DNA of 63,833 bases, counting the filler, from Chiloscyllium plagiosum (lineage: Eukaryota): the NCBI RefSeq assembly GCF_004010195.1. It is 4 parts of one record of this genome, joined end to end, with 100 filler letters (N's around TTAATTAATTAA, not from the genome) between each part and the next. Parts side by side here need not be neighbours in the genome. Positions count along the whole stretch, not along the records: positions 16,684 to 34,687 come from NC_057715.1; positions 34,788 to 50,353 come from NC_057715.1; 2 more parts are not named here. One strand, 5' to 3'. The notes under the pieces are model-generated. The model was not told the origin of the DNA and made no database searches. It saw only the letters and a program-made list of their open reading frames with translations. The translations under genes and the position numbers were made by a program. The stretch's first letter is position 1, and every line of letters begins with the position of its first letter. Positions 24,985 through 36,172 of the stretch are shown in pieces.

Positions 24985-26160
24985 CTATGATTCTATGAGC
25001 AAGCACAGGATAGAAATATCAACTTCTCGATCTGATTCACCATTCCATTAGACCATGACTGATCGTCTACCTTAATCTCATTTTCCTGCACATATTCCCA
25101 CATTACTTGAGGTCATCAGTATCAAGAGATTTATTGGTTTCTGTCTTGAATGTGCACAACAATTGAGCTCCCATAGCTCTCTAAGGCAAGGACATTTCTA
25201 CTCATCTGAATCCTGAAAGGTGATACTCATTAATCCTGAGACTATGCCCCTTGGTCTAGAGTCAACAGCCTATCTCTACGGTTCCCATCATGCCCTGGAA
25301 GAAGTCTGTAAGTTTCAATGATATCACCTTTCATTTTTTGAAGCTTTAGGGGGCACAGCCAGTTTTTTCCATCTCTCCTCGTAAAATAGTGCAATCAGCC
25401 CAGCAGTTAATGCCAGACGCCTCTGTTGCACTTCCTGTGTGGCAAGTATAGCCTTTCTCAGATAGGCAGACCAAAACTGTACACAATACTCCAGGCATGG
25501 TCTCACCAAGCCACTTAGCAGTGCAGCAAGTTATCACATGTTTATTCCTGTAAATGCCTTCATTTTAAATTTACATAAGATGAAGGTCCATATACCTTCT
25601 AATTTCTAATTGACCTTCAAATTGTTTAGTACACTTGCATGCTAACTTTCAGTTACTCATGAACAAGAATATTTAGATCTCTTTGGACATCAACATATCT
25701 CACCCTTTCACCGTTTAAGAAATACTCTGTCTTTCAGGATTTTTTCCCCACAAAAAATGGACAAATTTCATATTTATTCATATTATATTCCATCTAACAT
25801 TATCTTGCCTATTTACTTAGCATGTCCAAAGTCCCTTGAAGCTTTGTTGCATCCTCCTCACAACTGACATTTCCACCTAACTTTGTATCATGAAAGAAAA
25901 TTGGAAAAATTACATTTAGTTCCCACTTTCAATTCATTTATGTGAACTTTTGTAGCCCCAGCATTGAACGTTTCAATATGACTAGTAATAACTTGCCATC
26001 CTGAGAATGACCCATTTATTTAAGTTTTCTACTTGTTAACTAATTTCACAGTAGTATATTACTCCTAATCCCAGGCACTCTAATTTTATTTAATAATTTT
26101 ATGTGTGTGATATTAACAAAAACATTCTAAAAATTCAAATATACTACATCCACTGGCTGC
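24985..26160 (-). mobile_element. Degraded CR1 LINE (RT to 3' end)
   Basis: LVRPCLEYCVQFWSAYLRK and upstream RT remnants on the minus strand. Confidence 0.8.
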
Positions 26161-27351
26161 CTTCTTGAACTGCTGCAATCTACATGGTATAAATGCACTC
26201 AAAATTGTGAATCAGTGACAATGAATGAATGGTGATAAAGTTCCTAGTCAGAATGGTGTGTAGCGTAGAGGTGAAGTTAGAGGTGGAATTCCCATGTATT
26301 TGCTGCCCTTGTCCTCCGAGTATTTCTTTGAGTGCTACCTCTTTGTTAATACAATTGTGGAATACTAACAATAATGGGTTTCCCATTAAATAGAGAAAAT
26401 GACAATATATTAGTTTTAACATCATGTTCTTTCCTCATGACATGATGGCCATTTAGAAAAAAAACTGTTTAACATTACACTTATACACCTGCATATGGTT
26501 GCTACTAATACACCCAAATAGCTGAAAGCAGTTTTGTTGTACACAAATTATTTACCGCACATTGTTACTGTTTTCTTCCCCATCTTAAATAAATGGCTTT
26601 CAATTAATGTGGAACACATCTGGACTGAATTTTCCAGACTCAACTTCGAGTCAAGTGGTTAGCTATTAAGAAAGCCTTTATGTGATATCTTGTCCTTCTC
26701 ACCACAAATTCATTGTGCTGCCAATCTCCTTTCAAGAACATGTCATCTCATAAACTGGTCTCCCGAAGAAACATAGTCCCAATATTGTACGATATTTTCC
26801 TTGTGCAAGCAGACATGCTTATCATTCTCGATGAATCGAGAGAAACATTGGCCTCCAGAAAGTAACATGTCCCATGAATTTCCTCTGGGAAGTTATCTGG
26901 AAGGTCACTTCGGGAGCGTGGTATGAATTTAAAACTCTCATCGTCTTTTAATAGCCTGCATTAAAAATGAAACAAATGTTAAAAGAGTCAAATGAAACCA
27001 CACAAAAATTCTGCATTCACAGCATTTGTCATTCGCAAGGCTGCAGGCAATCGAGATTAGAATGATCACATAGCAAGCTTTCTCTTGGGTGTAATGTGGA
27101 TTATATTTGTTGGATTTAGCAGGGCTCAATTTAAATCAGAGTTCTTCCTAGCCATCACATAGTCATTAGATGGTGAGTTCACTTTTGTTCTCAGATAATT
27201 TGACAGGAGCACTATAAAAATGCATAGACAGGTTAGAAGAATGGGCACAAGCAATTCAACACGTACAGGTGAGAGGTGATACAATTTTGGAGAAAATAAA
27301 TATCCATAGTTTACATTTAATGGAAAAACACTGAAAGTTGTCAATAAAATG

Positions 27352-28300
27352 AGAGTTGAAAAATGTGGTGCTGGAAAAACACAGCAGACCAGGCAGCATC
27401 CAAGGAGCAGGAGAATCGACATTTCAAGCATAAGCCCTTCTTCAGGAATGAGGATGGTGTGCCAAGCGGGCTGAGATAAAAGGTATGGGTGAGGGAATTT
27501 GGGGGAGGGGCATTGGGAATACGAAAGGTGGAAGGAGGTGAGGGTGAGGGTGATAGGCCGGAGAGGTCGGGAAGAAGATTGCAGGTCAAGAGGGTGGTGC
27601 TGAATCCGAGGATTGGGACTGAGAAAAGGTGAGGGGAGGGGAAATGAGGAAGCTGGAGAAATCTACATTCATCCCGTGTGGTTGGAGGGTTCCTAGGCGG
27701 AAGATGAGACGCTCTTCCTCCAGGCGTCATGTGGCCAGGGTCTGGCGATGGAGGAGGCCAAGTACCTGCATTTCATTGGCGGAGTGGGAGGGGGAGCTAA
27801 AGGGTTCAGTCACAGGCCGGTTGGGTTGGTTGGTGCAGGTGTCCTAGAGGTGTTCCCTGAAACATTCCGCAAGTAGGCGGCCTGTCTCCGCAATGTAGAG
27901 GAGACCACATCGAGTGCAGCGGATACAGTAAATGATGTGGGTGGAGGTGCAAGTGAATTTGTGACGGATATAGAAGGATCCATTGGGGCCTTGGAGGGAG
28001 GTAAGAGGGGAGGTGTGGGCGCAAGTTTTGCATTTCTTGCGGTTGCAGGGGAAGGTGCCGGGAGTGGAGGTTGGGTTGGTGGGGGGTGTGACCTGACGAG
28101 GGAGTCGTGGAGGGAGTGGTCTCTCCTGAATGCTGATAGGGGTGGAGATGGAAATATATCCCTGGTGGTGGGGTCTGTCTGGAAGTATCCGGAGGTTGGT
28201 GGGGTGGAAGGTGACCAGTGGGGTTCTGTCCTGGTGGTGACTGGAGGGGCGGGGTTCAAGGGCGGAGGTGCAGGAAGTGGAGGAGATGCAGTGGAGAGCA
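27352..28300 (-). mobile_element. Penelope-like element 3' part: GIY-YIG endonuclease and pseudo-LTR; truncated by a gap
   Basis: PGTFPCNRKKCKTC...FTCTSTHIIYCIRCTRCGLLYIAETGRLLAECFREHL; upstream SAFRRDHSLHDSLVRS. Confidence 0.92.
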
Positions 28301-28800
28301 NNNNNNNNNNNNNNNNNNNNNNNNNNNNNNNNNNNNNNNNNNNNNNNNNNNNNNNNNNNNNNNNNNNNNNNNNNNNNNNNNNNNNNNNNNNNNNNNNNNN
28401 NNNNNNNNNNNNNNNNNNNNNNNNNNNNNNNNNNNNNNNNNNNNNNNNNNNNNNNNNNNNNNNNNNNNNNNNNNNNNNNNNNNNNNNNNNNNNNNNNNNN
28501 NNNNNNNNNNNNNNNNNNNNNNNNNNNNNNNNNNNNNNNNNNNNNNNNNNNNNNNNNNNNNNNNNNNNNNNNNNNNNNNNNNNNNNNNNNNNNNNNNNNN
28601 NNNNNNNNNNNNNNNNNNNNNNNNNNNNNNNNNNNNNNNNNNNNNNNNNNNNNNNNNNNNNNNNNNNNNNNNNNNNNNNNNNNNNNNNNNNNNNNNNNNN
28701 NNNNNNNNNNNNNNNNNNNNNNNNNNNNNNNNNNNNNNNNNNNNNNNNNNNNNNNNNNNNNNNNNNNNNNNNNNNNNNNNNNNNNNNNNNNNNNNNNNNN

Positions 28801-31800
28801 TAAGTATTTGTGCAGGGGAGTCAGCGCCATGGTGGCAGAGTGTATGGAACATTGAGTATGCCTGTGGCGGGGTTTGCAGGGCAGTGAGTGTGACAATGGT
28901 TTGGTCTGTTAGAGAGTGAGCATGATGGTGTAAAAGAGAAGGGGGAAAGTGAGTGTGACAGTTGGGGAATGTATGGGGAGTGAAGGTAATGGTAGGGGAA
29001 TATGAAGGGGAGTAAATGTGACAGAGAGGACTGTGCAGAGGTGTGTGCGTGTGCGTGTGTGATGACGGGGAGCGTGTGGGAGAGTGAATGTGACAGTGTC
29101 GCAGTGTGTGGGCGAGTGAGCATGACAGAAGGGAATACTGCACAGGAGTAAGAAAAATGGTGAGGGATGTGCGGGTAAGAGAACATGACAGAGGGGTGTG
29201 TGCGGAGTACTGAGAGTGACGATGGGGGTATGAGTGGGCGACTGAGAGTGATAGTGCGGGAGGGCGCGGGGCAAGTGAGTACGAAAGTGGGAGAGTGTAT
29301 GGAGGAAGGAGTGTCATGTTGGAGAGTGTGTGGGGGACTGAGTATGATGGTGGCAGAGAGCACGGGGTTGTGAGATTGACAGTGTGGAGAGTACGGGGAA
29401 GTGAGTATGACTATGAGGGATAGTGTAGTGAGCAGGTTGCAGTGCAGCTGTGTGTGTGGGAGAGTGTGGATGATGGTGGTGNNNNNNNNNNNNNNNNNNN
29501 NNNNNNNNNNNNNNNNNNNNNNNNNNNNNNNNNNNNNNNNNNNNNNNNNNNNNNNNNNNNNNNNNNNNNNNNNNNNNNNNNNNNNNNNNNNNNNNNNNNN
29601 NNNNNNNNNNNNNNNNNNNNNNNNNNNNNNNNNNNNNNNNNNNNNNNNNNNNNNNNNNNNNNNNNNNNNNNNNNNNNNNNNNNNNNNNNNNNNNNNNNNN
29701 NNNNNNNNNNNNNNNNNNNNNNNNNNNNNNNNNNNNNNNNNNNNNNNNNNNNNNNNNNNNNNNNNNNNNNNNNNNNNNNNNNNNNNNNNNNNNNNNNNNN
29801 NNNNNNNNNNNNNNNNNNNNNNNNNNNNNNNNNNNNNNNNNNNNNNNNNNNNNNNNNNNNNNNNNNNNNNNNNNNNNNNNNNNNNNNNNNNNNNNNNNNN
29901 NNNNNNNNNNNNNNNNNNNNNNNNNNNNNNNNNNNNNNNNNNNNNNNNNNNNNNNNNNNNNNNNNNNNNNNNNNNNNNNNNNNNNNNNNNNNNNNNNNNN
30001 NNNNNNNNNNNNNNNNNNNNNNNNNNNNNNNNNNNNNNNNNNNNNNNNNNNNNNNNNNNNNNNNNNNNNNNNNNNNNNNNNNNNNNNNNNNNNNNNNNNN
30101 NNNNNNNNNNNNNNNNNNNNNNNNNNNNNNNNNNNNNNNNNNNNNNNNNNNNNNNNNNNNNNNNNNNNNNNNNNNNNNNNNNNNNNNNNNNNNNNNNNNN
30201 NNNNNNNNNNNNNNNNNNNNNNNNNNNNNNNNNNNNNNNNNNNNNNNNNNNNNNNAAGTGGGACCGTGGGGGAGTGTGTTCGTCAGTGAGGGTGAAGGTA
30301 GTGGAGTGTCTGTGGAGTGAATGCAATAGTGGGGAAGTGTGTCGGGGTGTGAGAGTGACGGTAGGGCAGAGTACACAGGGGTGTGAGTGATGGCTGTTGG
30401 AGTTTGCAGAGAGTATACATGACAGTGGGGAATTGGGAAAGTGTCCAGGGGAGTGAGCTCGCTTGTAGGTGGTGTCGGGGCAATGACCATAATGGTGTGG
30501 AGAGAGTGTGACAGTGGGGGATTGTCTGTGGTGGTGAGCGAGATGGTGGAATAGTGTGCCGTGGAGTGATATTGAGGGGAGTGGGCAGAAGAGCCAACAT
30601 GACACAAAAGGATTGTGTGGAGGAGAATGCCTGTCTCTGGGGGAGTGTGCGGGTGAGTGAATGTGACAATGTGGCAGTGTATGGTGAAGGGAGCGGGCCA
30701 ATGTTTGAGAGTGCAGAAGACTGAAGTTGATGCTCGTGGATGATGGCAGGGTGACACCGTGACAGAGGAGGAGTGTGCGCGACAGTGGGGGCGTGTGCGG
30801 GAGAGTTAGTGTGGCATATGCAGGGAAGTAAGCATGACAGAGGACAAGAGTGCTGTGGAGTGAGCGTGGCGGTGGATAAGTGCGTGGAGAAAGTGAATGT
30901 CATGCTGAGAGAGTCTGTGGGTGAATGAGCACGTCAGAGTCAGTGCGTGAGGCAATGAGATTCACGGTGGGGGACAGTGGAGGTCGGTGTACGTGACAGT
31001 GGGCGAGTGTGCAAGGAAGTGAGAGTGGCGTTGGGGCTGTGTGCAGCGCAGTAATTACAAGGGTGGGTGAGAATGTAGGGAAGTGAGCTTGATGGTGGCA
31101 ACATGTGCAGTGCAGTGGGCATGATGGGTGGGTGAATGTGGGGGAGTGAGTGTGACATTGGGGATGTCTGCAGGGCACTGAGTGTGACAGTGGTTTTATG
31201 CGGGAGAGTGAGAATGATGGTGTGAGTGCATGCCGGAGAGTGATCATGACATTTGGGAAGTTTGCAGGTGAGTGAGCGAGAGCGGGCCACGTGCAGAGAA
31301 GTCAGCGTTGTAGACGGGGATGTGCGGGGGAGTGTGCATAATGGTGTGTGTTTACGCAGGAGAGTGAGTTTCACATTGGTCAGTGTGTTGCGCAGTGAAT
31401 GTGACAGAGGTGGTGAGAATACGGGAGTAAGGGTGACAGTCTGAGGTATGCAGAGGTGAAAACTTAACAGAAAGGAGATGTGTGGATGAGAGGTTCTGAC
31501 CCTGTGGGAGTGTTTTGCGGAGTGAGCATGTCAGTAGGAGAGTGAGCGGGGGAGTGATTGTGACGGTGGGGCAGTATGCCGTGCTTGAGCTTGATGGTGC
31601 AGGAGTGAGTGGGTAGTGACTGTAACGGTTGGGGAGTCAGCAGTGAAGCGAGGGTGACGGTGGGGCAGCGTCCAGAGGTGTGTGGATGACGATGTTGGAG
31701 TTTGAAGGGAGAGCACGTGACCTTGAGGAGTGTTTGATTGAGAGAGTGAGAGAGTCAGAGATTGCGATGGTGGCAGAGCGTGCGGGTGAGTAGTTTTTAC

Positions 31801-34687
31801 AGTGAGGAAGTGTCCCGTCGAGTGAGCGTGAAATTAGGGTAGCTTGTAAGGTGAATACTGTGACGGTGAGTATTTTGGTTCCAGGGGAGTGAGCATGCCA
31901 GCGTGGGAGTGAGTGTGACAGTGGATAACTTTGCAGGGAATACCTGCGCCGGTGGGGAAGCGTGTGGAGGAATGAGTGTGAGGTTGCTGGTGTGTACGGT
32001 CAGCGAGCCTGACTGAGGAGCAGAGTGCAGGTGAGAGATTCTAATTTCTGGAACAGTGAGTGTGACGGCGGGAGTGTCTGGAGAAGTGAGGGTGACACTG
32101 GAATAGTGTACAGGGGAGTGAGCGTGATGGTCCGACAGTGTGCACTGTTTGAGGACAGTGAGCGTGACAGTACTGTAATCTGTGTGAGAGGGTGCCTGAT
32201 GGTGGGGAATGTCTGACAGAGTATGCGTGATGTTGGGGGTCTCTGTGGAGGAGTGAGAGTGATGGCTGGTGAGTTTGCAGGGACGTGAGCCTGATAGTGG
32301 ACAGTGAGCGGGGAGCGAGTGTGACATTGGAAGATTGTGTGAAGAAGGGAATTGACAGGGAAGAGTGTACGGGGGAGTGAGCAAAACAGCAGAGGAATCT
32401 ATGGGGCAGTTAGCCTGACGGTGCAGAGAATGCAGTGGAGTGAGCGTGATGGTACGGAGTGAAGATTGTGATTGTGGGACTGTGTGCTTGAGCGCAACCA
32501 TAACATTCGGGTATTGAACGGTGGAGGAGGTTGAAGTTGGAGGAATGGGTGGGGCAGTGAGCCTGGTGGTGGTCTAGTGTGCACGGGAGTGAGGGTGTTT
32601 GTGGTCTTGAGTGCAGGGAGTGAGCATGACGTTATGCGAATGTGGGGGGAATGAGCATGACAGCGAGGTACTGTCTGGGAAGAGAACATGGCAGTGGAGA
32701 TTTTGTGGAGGAGTGAGTGTGACAGTGGTGCTATGTGTTGGGAATGAGCGCGACGGTGGGCTATTATGGAGGAGTGAGAATGACAATGGTGCAGTGCGTG
32801 GGGTAGTGAAGCTGACGGTGGGGAATGTGTGACGGAGACTGTGTGATGTTGGGAGACTCGGCATAGGAGTGGGAGTGACCGGAGGTGTGTTTGCAGGGGT
32901 ATGAGCATGACTGTGTAGCAGCCTGCGGGGATTTGCGCATGATGGTGGAGTAGCGTGTGGGGGATTGAGTGCGATGGTTGTTGTGTGCGGGGGAGTGCGT
33001 GAGGCAGTACGGGAGTGACTGTATCATTGGACAATTGTGCATTGGAGTGAATGTAGTAGTTGGTGGTGGGGTGAGAGCAGGGGAGTTCGAGTGACGGTGG
33101 GGGAGTGTGCAGAAGTTGAATGTGTCAGTAGTGGAATATGTGGAAGAGTGAGCACAACATTGGGGGATTTCACGGCCAGTGTGAGTAACGGCGGGGGAGT
33201 GAGGTGTGGAGTAAGTGTGTCGGGATAAGTGTGCTGGGGAGTCAGAGTGACGGTGGGGAATAGTGAAGGGGATTCTGGATTAGTGGTGCTGGAAAAGCAC
33301 AGCAGTTCAGGCAGCATCCGATGAGCAGTAAAACCGACGTTTTGGGCAAAAGTCCTTCATCAGGAATACAGATCCACCGTCACGTTTACACAGCCCCAAA
33401 TCCATGACCATCACATTCAATCTCTTGCCCACTCCCACATTGTCAGGCAAACTTCCGTATACTCTCCCACACCACCTCGCACTCTCCCCAACACTATACC
33501 GCACCGTAATGTCCCCTTGCCCGCACTCTCCTTCACCATCTGACTCAAACACTTGTGCAATCCCGCTCTGTCACGCTCAACTCACTCCTCTATCCACTTC
33601 TCTGTATTCCAGATGAAGGGCTTTTGCCCGAAACGTCGGTTTTACTGCTCCTCGAATGCTGCCTGAACTGCTGTGCTTTTCATGCACCACTAATCCAGAA
33701 TCTGGTTTCCAGCATCTGCAGTCATTGTTTTTGACCCAATAATGTAGGGGAGTCAGCATGTTAGTTGGCGTGTGTACAGCGAAGTGAGCGTGTCACTGGG
33801 AGAGTGACTGTGATAGTTGTCCATTTTGGACGGGAAGGAGTGTTCAGATGGGGGAGCGTGCGTGTTGGTGGCGGAATGTGCGAGGGTAACTGTGGGGAAA
33901 AGTGTGGGGGACTGAACGTGATGGTGGGGAATGTGCAGGTGAGTGATCATGGCATTTTAGGAGAGTGCACGGAAGACAGCGTGATAAAAGGGGATTGTGT
34001 CAGGGTTGTGAGGGTGATGATGGGGGAGTCTGCGGGAGTGTAAAGGTAGCGATGGGAGAGTGTCTGGGAGAGTGATTATGAAGGTGTGGGAGTTTTTGGG
34101 AAGTGAGCACGATGGTGGAGGTTTGTGCAGTTGAGTGAGAATGATGGTGGCGGACTGTGTGTCTCAGTGGAGTGGTGTGAGTGTGACTGTAGCCCAGTGA
34201 GCGATAGAGTGACTGTAACAGTAAAGAGTGGACAGGGGAACGAGCGTGATTGTTGTGGTGTATGACGGGGAGTGAGCGTGATGGCAGGGAAGTGTGCAGA
34301 GGAATAAGTGTAATGATGTGCATGACGGTGGGGGACTGAGTGTAAGCTACCGAGGAAGCGTGTCAGTATTGGAGTGTGCCAAGGAGTGACAGCGACGGTG
34401 AGAAAATGTGCCGAGGAGTGAGAGTGATGATGGGGGTATGTACGCAGGAGTGTGGGCGATTTGGATGGTGTGCATGGGTGTGTGTGTATGTGCTGGAGTA
34501 ATTCTGGTAATGGTGTGTATATGGGAGATGTGTGAATGTGATGTTCGCGGTGTGTGCAGGAAATTGAGCACGACGACGGTAGGGGAATGATTGGATGAGT
34601 GACTATGATGATGGGGTTGTGCGGGATCGTGAACATTTCAGTGGGTGTGTATGGGGAGGAAGTCGGCGTGAAGATGACTTCACGGGA
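28801..34687 (+). repeat. Degenerate G/T-rich minisatellite, unit about 31-32 bp, approximate consensus GAGTGAGCGTGACGGTGGGGGAGTGTGCGGG; contains an N gap
   Basis: Recurrent GAGTGAGYRTGAYRGTG phased at about 31-32 nt (counted by eye near 29.08-29.4 kb); strong G/T strand skew. Confidence 0.8.
33273..33737. mobile_element. Composite PLE insertion: inverted pseudo-LTRs enclosing about 230 bp of inverted satellite-type DNA
   Basis: Minus arm to ~33372 and plus arm from ~33601. Flanked by AATAGTGAAGGGGA (33259-33272) and AATAATGTAGGGGA (33738-33751). Confidence 0.8.
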
Positions 34688-34787
34688 NNNNNNNNNNNNN
34701 NNNNNNNNNNNNNNNNNNNNNNNNNNNNNNNTTAATTAATTAANNNNNNNNNNNNNNNNNNNNNNNNNNNNNNNNNNNNNNNNNNNN
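34688..34787. other. Artificial assembly linker
   Basis: 44N-TTAATTAATTAA-44N. Confidence 0.95.
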
Positions 34788-35445
34788 ACCGTGTCAAGGT
34801 ATGCAGAGATGAGTTTGGTGGGGCAGGAGCAGGCTGAGACAATGGGTTGGCCGGGGCAGTCAGGTTTGTGGATTTTGGGCAGGAGGTAGAAACAGGCGGT
34901 GCAACGTTGTGGGACTATGAGGTTGGAGGCAGTGGATGGAAGATCCCCTGAGGTGATGAGGTTCTGGATGGTCTGGGAGATGATGGTTTGGTGGTGGGAG
35001 GTGGGGTCATGGTCAAGGGGGCAGTAGGAGGTGGTGTCCGCGAGCTGGCGTTTAGCCTCAGCAGTGTAAAGGTCACTGAGACAAGTTTGGGGGAGGGGAA
35101 TTGAGGAAACTGGAGAAATCCGAGTTCATCCTGAGACAAGGTGGGGGGATCTCCGCCTTCCTAACCTGCAATCTTCTTCCTGACCTCTCCGCCCCCACCC
35201 CACTCCGGCCTATCACCCTCACCTTGACCTCCCTCCACCTATCGCATTTCCAACATCCCTCCCCCAAGTCCCTCCTCCCTACCTTTTATCTTAGCCTGCT
35301 GGACACACTTTCCTCATTCCTGAAGAAGGGCTTATGTGCGAAACGTCGATTCTCCTGTTCCTTGGATGCTGCCTGACCTGCTGCGCTTTTCTAGCAACAC
35401 ATTTTCAGCTCTGATCTCCAGCATCTGCAGCCCTCACTTTTTCCC
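34788..35445. mobile_element. PLE: minus-strand RT fragment followed by an inverted (+) pseudo-LTR
   Basis: Minus strand YLLPKIHKPDCPGQPIVSACSCPTKLISAYLDT (PLE RT signature). 35150-35445 matches 16684-16957. Confidence 0.88.
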
Positions 35446-36172
35446 TTCATAACAAGAGGGATTGAGTATAGAAGCAAAGAGGTTCTTCTGCAGCTGTACA
35501 GGGCCCTGGTGAGACCACACCTGGAGTATTGTGTGCAGTTCTGGTCTCCAAATTTGAGGAAAGACATTCTAGCTACTGAGGGAGTGCAGCGTAGGTTCAC
35601 AAGGTCAATTCCTGGAATGGCGGGACTACCTTACGCTGAAAGACTGGAGCAACTGGGCTTGTACACCCTTGAGTTTAGAAGACTGAGAGGGGATCTGATT
35701 GAGACATATAAGATTATTAAAGAATTGGATACTCTGGAGGCAGAAAACATGTTTCCGCTGATGGGTGAGTGCCGAACCAGAGGACACAGCTTAAAAATAN
35801 NNNNNNNNNNNNNNNNNNNNNNNNNNNNNNNNNNNNNNNNNNNNNNNNNNNNNNNNNNNNNNNNNNNNNNGTGGAATCAAGGGTTATGGAGATAAGGCAG
35901 GAACAGGATACTGATTGAGGATTCTGGATCAGTGGTGCTGGAAGAGCACAGCAGTTCAGGCAGCATCCAAGGAGCTTCGAAATTGACATTTCGGGCAAAA
36001 GCTGAACTGCTGTGCTCTTCCAGCACCACTAATCCAGAATCTGGTTTCCAGCATCTGCAGTCATTGTTTTTACCCCTTACTGATTGAGGATGATCAGCCA
36101 TGATCATATTGAATGGTGGTGCAGGCTCGAAGGGCAGAATGGCCTACTTCTGCACCCATTGTCTATTGTCTA
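35446..36172 (+). mobile_element. Young CR1 LINE 3' fragment, containing an N gap and a PLE insertion
   Basis: LYRALVRPHLEYCVQFWSP...RRFTR...RLRGDLIETYKI and a (TTGTCTA)n tail. Confidence 0.92.
35923..36077. mobile_element. Short inverted PLE pseudo-LTR pair with a 14-bp TSD
   Basis: TACTGATTGAGGAT at 35909-35922 and 36078-36091; the two arms are reverse complements. Confidence 0.88.

Noticed and set aside
28256..34636. Long His/Thr/Pro/Ser-rich ORFs (up to 626 aa)
   Set aside because: They are products of the C/A-rich antisense strand of the satellite and of N runs; no domain is present.
28801..34687. CRISPR-like repeat-spacer periodicity
   Set aside because: There is no conserved identical repeat with unique spacers and no cas genes; it is a vertebrate degenerate satellite.
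27352..35445. A single PLE spanning the satellite (GIY-YIG on the left, RT on the right)
   Set aside because: There is no shared TSD, the terminal repeats differ in subfamily, and gaps plus an artificial linker intervene.
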